A DNA stretch of 38,324 nucleotides from a virus. Taxonomy: Duplodnaviria > Caudoviricetes. Positions 8,732 through 17,068 of the stretch are shown piece by piece. The notes below the pieces were generated by a model. That model had not been told where the DNA came from and made no database searches. It saw only the letters and a list, made by a program, of their open reading frames with translations. How positions within the stretch are numbered: position 1 is the first letter of the stretch; each line of letters begins with the position of its first letter. Location: positions 1 through 38,324 of IMG/VR virus record IMGVR_UViG_3300025621_000024; one strand, 5' to 3'. Both the position numbers and the translations under genes were made by a program.

Positions 8732-10705
8732 TCAGTAGCCCGCCCCGAGGTTGGTGCGACCAACGTCCGTGCGGAACGGGATGCGCGGGTTGTTCGTCTG
8801 CGTCTGGGCGTCGACCGAGAGACCTGGCGCGAGCTGGATGCGCAGGTCGATCGCGCCCTGCAGATCCTGCTGCAGGCGCGGCATGGCGCTGCTCGCACCG
8901 CCACCGGTGACAGTGCCCATGCGTTGGCTCAACGATTCAGCGCGCAGCGCGGCCTCTGCATCTTTGCTGCCAAAGAACGACGCTACTTTCGCGGTACCGC
9001 GCCCGATCAGGTTGCCGGCGGCGTTGTCCGCCAGCAGGCCGTTGTAAAGCAGGCTCCCCACGCCATAGCCAGCGGCGCCTGCCAGGCCCACCGCGCCCGC
9101 CCGTCCCGCCATTCCGGCGACTCGACCTCCGACACCGCCCAGGCTCATGCCGCCGAGCTTGCCGCCGTTCATGAGCGCTGCAGCGGCCGCACTGCCTGCG
9201 AGCGCGGTCAGTGCCACGGTCGCGCCGCCGATGGCCGCGCTCAACAAGGGGTATTCACGCACCAGAGCGCCCGTCTTGTCGGCCAGCGCGCCGATCGCTG
9301 GGGTCAGGCGGCCGATCGCATCGGTCTGGGCGATCTCCGCCTCGTTCTTGGCCTGCTCGACCTTGTAGCTGGAGGTTGAACTGATCAGGTCGAAGTTGCG
9401 GCTGGCAGCGTCGGTGTTGCCCATTGCGCCGCTGGCGATGGCGCTGACACGGTCGCGGTTTTGCACGTAGCCGTACAGGGCCATCATGGCCTGGCGGTCC
9501 TGCAGCACCTTGCCGATCATCGTGCCCTGCGCGATGCCGCCGACCGCCTCCAGGGCGCGGCTGCGCTCTTCGTCGCCCTTGGCTCCGGCGAGTTGCTTCT
9601 GGACGGACTGGTAGTTCTTGTCCTTGGACAACTGCTGCACCAACAGGTTGCCCAGCACGTCCACCGCGTCCTGGCCCTTCATGCGGCCCTCGGCAAGCTG
9701 GCGCGGCAGATCGACGCCCTGGTCGCGAAAGTTCTTGGCCATCTCCGTCGAGCTGAGCTTGGCCAGCAGGTTCACGACGTTGTTACCTGCCTCATCGCGT
9801 GTGCCAGCGGTGACCGCCGCAGCCTGGTTGAGCGCGGCGAGTTTGGCGAAGCCACCCTCACCGTACATTCCCACCGCTTTGGCGGCCGCCATCTGCTGCG
9901 GCAACCACCTGGCCATGTCACGGATCTCGAAACCACCCTGCTGGCCGGCATAGGTGCCCATGCCGAACATGGCACCCATGCGGTCAGGGCTGATGCCCAT
10001 CGTCTGTTTGCCTGCGATCGCCATCTGGGCGAACAGCGCCGAGTCCGACCCTGCTGCAGTGCCGGCCTTCACGGCCTCGCGCAAGATGGTGGCCACTTCA
10101 CCTGGCTTGAAGATGCCAGCACCCAGCAGGGTGTCGGCCGTTGCGCCCGCGCCGTCACGTGTGCCGCCACCGTAGCGCACCGCGTCGATCAGCATGCGGT
10201 CCAGCTCTCGCATGCCTGAGCGCCGACCTTCCAGATCCCGATCGGCGTAGGCCGTGTTGGCCATGTTCGCCAGGCGCCGGTCGTAGTCCAGAGTGCGCTG
10301 CACGCGCGGCGCCACCATCGCAGTGGCCACGCCGACACCGGCACCCACCGCCAAAGCGCCGCGCGCGGCGTAGGCCACCTTCTGACGGGTTGTCAGGCGC
10401 CCCATCTCATTGGAAAGGCGGGTCACTTCCTCACGCATCTTGCGCGCGGCCATACGCTGCTCGTTCCATGAGAGGGTGGCGCTGCGTGCCAGGCGGTTGT
10501 ACGAAGCCTCGGTGCGCTGGATTTCCCGCTGGATCTCGCGCTCAGAGCGCACGCCCAGCGTCTCCCGCGCTTTGGCCATGCGCTTGTATTCGGCCATGCC
10601 CCGCTCGCCCACCGCCTTCGTCGCGGCCTGGGCTTCCTTGGCCGCCTTGGCCAGGCCCTTGGCGTCTCCGGTGAAGAGCACGCCGAAGCGGTAAACGGTG
10701 TTCAT
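8732..10705 (-). CDS. Tail tape measure protein
   Basis: 657 aa, Ala/Gly-rich helical, GGFEIRDMARWLP core, position after the chaperone. Confidence 0.9.
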   Translation of the reverse strand: MNTVYRFGVLFTGDAKGLAKAAKEAQAATKAVGERGMAEYKRMAKARETLGVRSEREIQREIQRTEASYNRLARSATLSWNEQRMAARKMREEVTRLSNEMGRLTTRQKVAYAARGALAVGAGVGVATAMVAPRVQRTLDYDRRLANMANTAYADRDLEGRRSGMRELDRMLIDAVRYGGGTRDGAGATADTLLGAGIFKPGEVATILREAVKAGTAAGSDSALFAQMAIAGKQTMGISPDRMGAMFGMGTYAGQQGGFEIRDMARWLPQQMAAAKAVGMYGEGGFAKLAALNQAAAVTAGTRDEAGNNVVNLLAKLSSTEMAKNFRDQGVDLPRQLAEGRMKGQDAVDVLGNLLVQQLSKDKNYQSVQKQLAGAKGDEERSRALEAVGGIAQGTMIGKVLQDRQAMMALYGYVQNRDRVSAIASGAMGNTDAASRNFDLISSTSSYKVEQAKNEAEIAQTDAIGRLTPAIGALADKTGALVREYPLLSAAIGGATVALTALAGSAAAAALMNGGKLGGMSLGGVGGRVAGMAGRAGAVGLAGAAGYGVGSLLYNGLLADNAAGNLIGRGTAKVASFFGSKDAEAALRAESLSQRMGTVTGGGASSAMPRLQQDLQGAIDLRIQLAPGLSVDAQTQTNNPRIPFRTDVGRTNLGAGY

Positions 10706-10869
10706 GAGCTGGTGGGCTTCAGAGCGTTGATGAAGAGATCGGCGTAGCCCTTGAACTCAGCGAACGGCAGCTGGAGAATCTCTGCGCGGCTCCAGCCGGT
10801 GTTGCGCGCGATCAGGGCGATGGTGGCTCTCAGCTCGACTGCGTCGGGTCGAGCTGCTCGGCTTCCCCC
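10702..10869 (-). CDS. -1 frame extension of the tail assembly chaperone (GT-like product via programmed frameshift)
   Basis: Open -1 frame GSRAARPDAVELRATIALIARNTGWSRAEILQLPFAEF... from slippery GGGGGAA (10869-10863) to TGA overlapping the tape-measure ATG; no own start codon. Confidence 0.8.
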   Translation of the reverse strand, partial: GGSRAARPDAVELRATIALIARNTGWSRAEILQLPFAEFKGYADLFINALKPTSS

Positions 10870-11150
10870 AGGCGGTCGGCCTCATCGCAGGCTTCACGGA
10901 TCACGTACCAGTTCTTCGGCTTCATGCCCTTGAAGTGGCCGGTCACAAATGGGCCGGTGAAATCACCCGCACGCACAAGCTGGCGGCAGGCCAGCGCCAC
11001 GCCGAACGCTGTGGGGCTGGCACCCGGGTGGGCTTCTTTCTCGGCTTCGATCAGGTCTTCCACCAGGGGCGGACGGACCTCGATCTCGGTCACATCCTTG
11101 CCGCCGACCTTCCAGGGGAACGGCAGCGGCTTGATCACGGTATTGCTCAT
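10830..11150 (-). CDS. Tail assembly chaperone, Mu gp41-like
   Basis: 106 aa between tube and tape measure; VRPPLVEDLIEAE pattern. Confidence 0.85.
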   Translation of the reverse strand: MSNTVIKPLPFPWKVGGKDVTEIEVRPPLVEDLIEAEKEAHPGASPTAFGVALACRQLVRAGDFTGPFVTGHFKGMKPKNWYVIREACDEADRLGEAEQLDPTQSS

Positions 11151-11189
11151 GGGTGCTCCAGAAAAGAGAGAGTGATGGCGGGTTCAACA

Positions 11190-11219
11190 GACAGGAAAGC
11201 CACCGTTGAAGGTGGCTCT
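11190..11219 (-). terminator. Hairpin/weak terminator after the tail tube gene
   Basis: AGCCACC/GGTGGCT stem (11198-11217) followed by a short T-rich tract on -. Confidence 0.5.
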
Positions 11220-11238
11220 GGCGCGGTGCGGAGAGGCC

Positions 11239-11589
11239 TCAGCCCTCCAGGCACTCCACGGCTTCAAACACCAGGTCGACCTCACCCTTGGTCATGGTTG
11301 GCGCCTGCGAGCACCAGGCGCCGGTCAACGTGAACACCTTGCCGGTGTCGGTCTCGAAGACCACGGTGCCGTCCTTGAAGTCCTGGAACGTCTTGAGCTG
11401 CATGTCGGCCGTGTGGCTGACCTTGCACTCGACGCGCGGCACGGCCACGCTCTCGCTGAAGCCGTCGACGCCGGCGTCGCTGACAGCAGCTTCCCGGTTG
11501 ACGCCGCCGATGTTCAGCATGGCGCCCTCCTTGGAGCGGATGCGCAGACCGTTGAGCGCGATGAAGACACGGCCGGTGACTTGGCTCAT
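11239..11589 (-). CDS. Tail tube protein, Mu gpM
   Basis: 116 aa after sheath; GGVNRE, FETDTGKVFTL.GAW. Confidence 0.9.
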   Translation of the reverse strand: MSQVTGRVFIALNGLRIRSKEGAMLNIGGVNREAAVSDAGVDGFSESVAVPRVECKVSHTADMQLKTFQDFKDGTVVFETDTGKVFTLTGAWCSQAPTMTKGEVDLVFEAVECLEG

Positions 11590-11618
11590 GGGGGAGTACT
11601 CCTAAAAATTGTGGGCGG

Positions 11619-13091
11619 TCACAGAATGAACTGGACGCTGGCCGCGAACACGCGGAACTGGTTGACCAGGTTGGCCGGGAGGATGGCGTTCACGCGGTTC
11701 ACATCGCTCGCGCTGCGCACCACGATCAGTTGCTCCTTGAACTGCTCGAAGCCTTCCAGGATCCCGACCAGTTCGAGCTGTCGAGCCACATCGAGCAGCT
11801 CGCCACGGATCATTCGCGGCGTGGCCACGGGCTGACCAGGTGCGAAGCTCGTGCCATCGTCGGCCAGCTTGTAGCGGGGGAAGCGCAGGCCGATGCGCGC
11901 GCGGAAGGCAAAGCGCATGTAGTCGGCCGTCCACTTCGACTCCAGGTCCAGGTAGCTCACGTCTTCGATGCCGAAACCGTTGACCTGGTAGGTGGTGACC
12001 ACGCGCTCAATGAGCACGTTGCCGCCCTGGTCCACGGTGAAGGTGCTGATGCCATCGCGCAGCAGCAGGTCGCGCTCCTGGCGGGTGAAGCGGTCAGCGC
12101 GAGCTGGCGCCATGAGGCCAGGCACCACGAGCGTCTGGAACGGGCGCGCCGGGTCGATCGACCCGCTGAACTCGACCACGGCCGCCATGCTCGCAGCCCA
12201 GTTGTACGAGCCCTGCGGTGGCTTCTTCACGCCGAAGACCGAACTGTGCGGGCTGTTGCGTGCGCTGCCGAAGGCGGTCAGATCACCGTGGGTACCAGCC
12301 TTGCCCACGAAAAGGTGACCGGTACGCATGTCCATACCGCCCCAGCGATTGTTGAACTCGGTCTCCAACTTGGCGATGTTGGTGGCGTCCGCATAGGGCA
12401 CCACCACTGTGTAAAACGCTTCCTCACTGATCGCAGCCAGGGCGGTGGCCACGTCCGGGTTGCCGGTGCCGGCAACGCCTGCCGCAATGACGATAGCCAC
12501 GCCTGCAGGCAGCTTCTCGTCGGCCTGGTAGTTCACGCGCACGTCGGCGTCGGTGGTGAAGGCGCCCTTGTGGCGGTGCGTCACGGTGACCACGCCCACG
12601 GCCGAGGCGGCGGTGAACGGGCCGTCCAGGTAGGCGTTGATCTTGGCGGCCACGGCCGTGGCGATGGTGGTGGCCGTGTCGTTGGCCGCAACGCCGACAT
12701 TGAGCAGCTGGCCGTTGACGTACAGGCTCACAGTGCCGGCGGCCGTGGCCGGGCCGGTTATCGTGATGGTCTGCGTGGCGGAGACGCCACCGGCATCGTC
12801 GGCCAGGCCGATCGCCCACATGTCGGTTTCCTTGTTGGCAGCGCGCGCGGCCACCAGCATTTCGTGCAGCACGGAGCCACGGCCGAACAGACCAGCAGCC
12901 TCACCTGCTGCGTTGATGCGCTGCAGCGTGGCGGCGGCAGCGGTGCCTGCGGGCAGCTTGTTGCCAATGAACAGGATGCGCCGGTTCATGTTGGGCAGGC
13001 CCTTGAGCGCCTTGCTGTTGTCCACCTCGACGTACTGGCCGGGCGTGCGGATGTCGATCGGGATCGTGTTGAAAGTGACGTTGTCGGGCAT
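11619..13091 (-). CDS. Tail sheath protein, Mu gpL
   Basis: FNTIP.DIRTPG.YVE.DNS, FGRGS, DPARPFQTL, NQFRVFA. Confidence 0.96.
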   Translation of the reverse strand: MPDNVTFNTIPIDIRTPGQYVEVDNSKALKGLPNMNRRILFIGNKLPAGTAAAATLQRINAAGEAAGLFGRGSVLHEMLVAARAANKETDMWAIGLADDAGGVSATQTITITGPATAAGTVSLYVNGQLLNVGVAANDTATTIATAVAAKINAYLDGPFTAASAVGVVTVTHRHKGAFTTDADVRVNYQADEKLPAGVAIVIAAGVAGTGNPDVATALAAISEEAFYTVVVPYADATNIAKLETEFNNRWGGMDMRTGHLFVGKAGTHGDLTAFGSARNSPHSSVFGVKKPPQGSYNWAASMAAVVEFSGSIDPARPFQTLVVPGLMAPARADRFTRQERDLLLRDGISTFTVDQGGNVLIERVVTTYQVNGFGIEDVSYLDLESKWTADYMRFAFRARIGLRFPRYKLADDGTSFAPGQPVATPRMIRGELLDVARQLELVGILEGFEQFKEQLIVVRSASDVNRVNAILPANLVNQFRVFAASVQFIL

Positions 13092-13129
13092 GTCAGCTCC
13101 TGGTGCTTGAAAGGTGTGTCAACGGGTGA

Positions 13130-13348
13130 TCAACGGGCCTTGGAGCCGGTCGGCTTGATTGCGGCTGCAGCTGCTGCCTCCGCTTCCTCGGCCGGGGCGG
13201 TGGTGACCTCGACCACGTCGCCGTCGCTGATGCGGCGCAGCCAGTAGCTCTCCTGGTTGACCCACTCGCCCTCGTTAGAGAGGTGGCCGCCAACCGGCTT
13301 GCGCACCACCTTGCCGGGTGCGGGCTTGAGAAAAACGCGATCGGACAT
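13130..13348 (-). CDS. Mu gp38-like (DUF2635) protein
   Basis: LKPAPG.VVR.P, YWLRRI.DGDVVE. Confidence 0.88.
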   Translation of the reverse strand: MSDRVFLKPAPGKVVRKPVGGHLSNEGEWVNQESYWLRRISDGDVVEVTTAPAEEAEAAAAAAIKPTGSKAR

Positions 13349-13350
13349 CG

Positions 13351-13962
13351 TCAGGCTCCTTGGAGTGAAACGTCCAGCTCGGCGTCGGGCCGGCTGGTGG
13401 GATAGGTGGGGGGTGTGGCGAGCCAGCTCTGGTATTCCAGATCGCCAGCTTGGGGAGCCAGGTCGATATCGCCGTGGAAGCGCGTGAAGCTGTCCAGCTC
13501 GGGCAGCGCCCAGTCGGCCGTCAGCTCCACGTGCGTGCTCTCGAAGGTCATGGTGATGGCGGCGATGCCCGTGTCATCGAACAGCGGGTCATCCTCCATC
13601 TCGGCGCGCACCAGGTTCCACACGCAGTTGCCGATCGTCTGGCCATGAAGCGCACGGGTGGCCAGCACCAGGAGCGCATCGGCGCCGAGATCGATGCCAT
13701 CGCCCTTGAAGGCGCGCTCATGGCCACCCACGTTGCGCACCACGCCGGCCAGGGTGAAGCCCATCACGGCCAGGGAGGCCGATGCGTCCACCACCCGAAG
13801 CGCACCAGGCAGCAGATAGAAGGCGGGCGCGTCTTTGACATAGCGCTGGAGCAGCTTGTCCATGTCGAGCTGCGGCAGGCGCTCCACAGCGCGCAGGCGC
13901 GGCGCCACGTCGCGGTGGGCCTTGAGCGCGTCGATGAGGGCGGTGCCGGCGGCGGCGAGCAT
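13351..13962 (-). CDS. Mu gp37-like (DUF1834) tail terminator/completion protein
   Basis: Size and synteny between virion morphogenesis gene and gp38. Confidence 0.65.
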   Translation of the reverse strand: MLAAAGTALIDALKAHRDVAPRLRAVERLPQLDMDKLLQRYVKDAPAFYLLPGALRVVDASASLAVMGFTLAGVVRNVGGHERAFKGDGIDLGADALLVLATRALHGQTIGNCVWNLVRAEMEDDPLFDDTGIAAITMTFESTHVELTADWALPELDSFTRFHGDIDLAPQAGDLEYQSWLATPPTYPTSRPDAELDVSLQGA

Positions 13963-14576
13963 CAGGCGCCCCCTCGGCCGCTGGCAGCCTGTGCGACGGC
14001 GTCCAGGCTGAGCTGCTGGATCTCGCGCGCATCCTGGTCGTTGACGCCCAGGAACGGTCGGGCCGGCATTTGAACGGAGTAGGCACCCACGGTGTAGCGG
14101 CGCTCCACGGCGCGCTTGTGCGTTGCCTTGGCGAACACCGCCAGGCGCTCGCTGCCGCCCTCACGGATCGCGGACTGGCGCAGCAGACGGCCGCGCGAGT
14201 CGGTGCGCAGCCGGGTCCAGCCGGAGTAGGCCAGGCGGTCGATCTTGCCGCCGTAGTTGTGGATACCCGCGTAGACCACGTTCGTGCCCCACTCGGCGCC
14301 GCTGGCGTTCGAGGTGTGGCCGATGCTGCGCAACAGGCGGCTGGAGAGCACGAGCGTCTGCCCGCCGCTGCGCCGGGCCCGGGCGCTTTTCATCCAGGGC
14401 TTGCCGTCTGGACCGACTTGGTTCTTGAAGCGAAGGCGGGTGCTGGTCTCGCCGTAGTTGCCGATGGCTTCCCAGACCGAGCGCGGACTCTCGCCGAGCT
14501 GGCGCATGCGCACCAGTGCGGCCTCGATCTGCTCGTGGCCCTGCATGCGGGCGTCGGTGCTCATGGATGCGCTCAC
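13962..14576 (-). CDS. Virion morphogenesis protein, Mu gpG-like
   Basis: GPDGKPW, GTNVVYAGIHNYGG, MPARPFLG. Confidence 0.92.
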   Translation of the reverse strand: MSASMSTDARMQGHEQIEAALVRMRQLGESPRSVWEAIGNYGETSTRLRFKNQVGPDGKPWMKSARARRSGGQTLVLSSRLLRSIGHTSNASGAEWGTNVVYAGIHNYGGKIDRLAYSGWTRLRTDSRGRLLRQSAIREGGSERLAVFAKATHKRAVERRYTVGAYSVQMPARPFLGVNDQDAREIQQLSLDAVAQAASGRGGA

Positions 14577-15079
14577 AGGAAACTCCGCGAGTCTTCACGT
14601 CGCCACACGCGGCCGCTGGTCTCCAGTTCGGCGCTGGCGCTGCTCACGGCCTGCTCGCCGGTACCGGCATCAGCGCCCAGGCTCACCATGCCCTTGGCGA
14701 CCTCAGCCAGCCACTTCACCGACGCGGTGTGGCGGTCTTTGATCACCTCGGTGACCTGGTCATCAAAGAGGAAGTAGCGGGCCAGCTCACACGCCACGCG
14801 ATTGAGCACGCCAGGCACCACCTGCAGCGGCAGCGTGTAGCGCGCGCTGATGTAGCCGTTGATGGTGTCGTCGGCGTCCTGCAGGGCACGCTCGACGATA
14901 GCCAGAGCTTCCGCCGCACGCGCCTGTTCGTCTGGCGTGTAGCTGACCAGGCTGGCGCCGGCCGCAACGTCCTTCATGAGCTGGGGCGTGATCAGACGCG
15001 GCACCCCGCGATCGGCGCGTTGCGCGATCTCGTTGGCGTCGAAGCGCTCCAGCATTTCAGTGGCGGTGGCGTAGGTCAT
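14573..15079 (-). CDS. Head-tail joining protein, Mu gp36 (DUF1320)
   Basis: MTYAT start, A...INGYI..RY.LPL, C.LARY.L. Confidence 0.9.
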   Translation of the reverse strand: MTYATATEMLERFDANEIAQRADRGVPRLITPQLMKDVAAGASLVSYTPDEQARAAEALAIVERALQDADDTINGYISARYTLPLQVVPGVLNRVACELARYFLFDDQVTEVIKDRHTASVKWLAEVAKGMVSLGADAGTGEQAVSSASAELETSGRVWRREDSRSFL

Positions 15080-15267
15080 GGGGAAAGTGACGGGGTGAGG
15101 CTGGTCAGGAATGCCACCAGGTGGGCCGGGTGGCATTGCTCATCAGCATTCAAGAAGGTCGGGGAGGGCTCTCGCCCTGCGCTCCCCGCCTGTCCATTGG
15201 CTCCCGGATGGGCCAGCTGCGCCACGCCGCCCCACCGATCAACGCCTCGCGGCGGTGGTGTATCTCG
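15080..15267 (-). ncRNA. Candidate structured RNA downstream of the capsid/gp35 genes
   Basis: 188-nt gap in an otherwise tightly packed operon; several stems, two closed by GNRA tetraloops on -. Confidence 0.5.
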
Positions 15268-15510
15268 TCAGTTCTTTTTGGCGCTGGGCTTCTCGGCCTT
15301 GGGCGCCTCAACGTCCACAACTTGGGCGACCAAGTTGGACTCGCCAGTGATCTGCTCGGCCTGCTCGACAGTCAGCTGGTCGAGCGGCACCGTTTTGCCT
15401 TCGGCGGGCCAGGCGATACCACCCCGACGAAAGCCGGCGATCTTGGGGATGACGTGCAAGGCCTTGTCGGCAGGGCCGGCGGGTGCGTTCTTGTCTTCAG
15501 CTTTGGGCAT
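15268..15510 (-). CDS. Mu gp35/HI1506-like small head-associated protein
   Basis: GFRRGGI.W, LT.EQ.EQI..E.NL; position after gpT. Confidence 0.8.
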   Translation of the reverse strand: MPKAEDKNAPAGPADKALHVIPKIAGFRRGGIAWPAEGKTVPLDQLTVEQAEQITGESNLVAQVVDVEAPKAEKPSAKKN

Positions 15511-15540
15511 GAATTGCTCCGTAAAAAAGGGTCAGACCGA

Positions 15541-16593
15541 TCAGCTCAGCCAGGGGCAGAGCACGACTTCGGTGGTGTTGCGCATGGTGTTGGTGCCGCC
15601 GTTGGCCAGCGCCTCGGCCTGGACAACGTCAAGCGCTGCCTTCCAGTTGCTCGGACCCACCAGCAGGATGTTGGGCTTCACCGCCAGCGGCTTGCCGTTG
15701 TCGGCCTTGAACGCCACCATCGCCTGGTAGGCGGCGGCGTAGTTCGCCGCGTCGAGGGTGGCCTTGCTCATGAAGGCCATCTGCCACAGGCCGTAGCCCA
15801 CGTTGACACGCGCGTCACTGCCCCAGACAAACTCGTTCTTCTCGAACACGTTGTCATCGGTCAGCGAGGTCTTCGCCACGAAGTTGTAGTCGCGCCGCTT
15901 CTGAAAAATGATCGGCTTGATCACCTTGCTGGTGTCCAGCAGATACCAGGCGGCTCCAGCGCCAGCAATGAAGTTGGAAACACTGACCTCAGAGCCAGGC
16001 AAGCCCACGGGGTGATCCGTGTCGAAGAAGAACTGGCCGTCGTAGCAAAGCGTGGCGTTGCCTGCAGCGATGGCAGAGAACACCAGCTCATCGGGGTGGG
16101 TAGCTGCGTCTTGGCCCATCTGCTCCATGAGCGGCGTGAAGATGCCGTACTGGTCATCTTCAATCTTCTCGCGCGGCACGGACACGGTGTTCTCAAACGT
16201 CTTGTTCTTGATGGTGTAGCCATGCACGCGCAGGTTCTGCACCACGCGATCGCCCAACCACTCGCGGAACTTGGTGGTCATACCCAACCAGCCGTACTCT
16301 TCCTCGGAGGTGGTCGAAGGGACCAACATGGCCACGCGTTGCCACATGGGCTGTACGGTGGTCAGGCCGCGCTTGAAAGCGGAGTTGAAGGCGGTTTGGA
16401 GAGTCTTCAAGTTGCTGGCGCTGACCACAAGACCGCCGAAGCCCAAGGCAGAGATGGAGTCTCCAGGCGGCAACAGAAAGGTAGGGCCGGCCATGAGCGC
16501 ACCAACGCCAGGGTTGAGCAAGCCGACCGCAGCCGAGATGGCCAGCACGGCCACCAGGCCGAGGGCAAGAGAGGGAAAGAGGTAGCGTTTCAT
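15541..16593 (-). CDS. Major capsid protein, Mu gpT family, with hydrophobic N-terminal extension
   Basis: YGWLG...REW.GDRV, NK.FE.TV.V.R..IEDD.YG, CYDGQ.FFDTDHPV; ATG 16593 has a GGAG SD. Confidence 0.95.
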   Translation of the reverse strand: MKRYLFPSLALGLVAVLAISAAVGLLNPGVGALMAGPTFLLPPGDSISALGFGGLVVSASNLKTLQTAFNSAFKRGLTTVQPMWQRVAMLVPSTTSEEEYGWLGMTTKFREWLGDRVVQNLRVHGYTIKNKTFENTVSVPREKIEDDQYGIFTPLMEQMGQDAATHPDELVFSAIAAGNATLCYDGQFFFDTDHPVGLPGSEVSVSNFIAGAGAAWYLLDTSKVIKPIIFQKRRDYNFVAKTSLTDDNVFEKNEFVWGSDARVNVGYGLWQMAFMSKATLDAANYAAAYQAMVAFKADNGKPLAVKPNILLVGPSNWKAALDVVQAEALANGGTNTMRNTTEVVLCPWLS

Positions 16594-16624
16594 TTCGGGG
16601 TTTCTCCGGAGGGTGGTGATCGGG

Positions 16625-17035
16625 TCAGGCGAATTCGATCCAGACGCCATCGGCGTCCACATCGCGGACGATGCCGGCGGCGCTGCGCGTAGCACCACCG
16701 TTGGTTTTGGCGACCGTCTGGTCATCGACGATGAAGCAAGTGCTGCCAACGTCGGCCAAGGCGATCAAGTCGGCGGCGGCGCTGTTGTCGAACTTGAACC
16801 AGCCGTCACGGCGGGCCTTGAAGTTCACCGCTCCGTTTGCGCCGAGGTTGTTGCCGTCTTCCTCGTAGATGCCGACCGCCTTGAGCGTTGTGGACACCGC
16901 GCCCTTGGTGGCAAAGCCGCCAGCGTTGATGCATGCGATGCCGCCGGCAAAGACGGCGGTGGCGGTGGCGGCCGGAAGGCTCAACAGGTCGCCGTTGCGA
17001 CGCTTGGTGTCGCGGGATGCAGTGAGTGCTGCCAT
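16625..17035 (-). CDS. Capsid decoration/cement protein (DUF2190-like)
   Basis: MAALTA.RDT, CFIVDDQTVAKT, AG.V.DVDADGVW; between protease and capsid. Confidence 0.75.
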   Translation of the reverse strand: MAALTASRDTKRRNGDLLSLPAATATAVFAGGIACINAGGFATKGAVSTTLKAVGIYEEDGNNLGANGAVNFKARRDGWFKFDNSAAADLIALADVGSTCFIVDDQTVAKTNGGATRSAAGIVRDVDADGVWIEFA

Positions 17036-17068
17036 GTGATGGTTCTCCTGGGGTGTTGAGGGTCGGGG

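Noticed and set aside
15110-15146. CTGATGAG followed by a hairpin on - (hammerhead-like core)
   Set aside because: No GAAA after the stem and no stem I/III with a UH cleavage site
15210-15232. GGCGTGGCGCAGCTGG resembling a tRNA 5' end/D-arm
   Set aside because: No anticodon arm, T-loop (GTTCRA) or acceptor stem at the right distance
16594-16749. ORF-track upstream extensions (gpT from 16749; likewise gpN 8904, gp47 5343, MuB 29486, methylase 1307)
   Set aside because: They overlap neighbouring genes or structured leaders; downstream starts match family N-termini or have an SD
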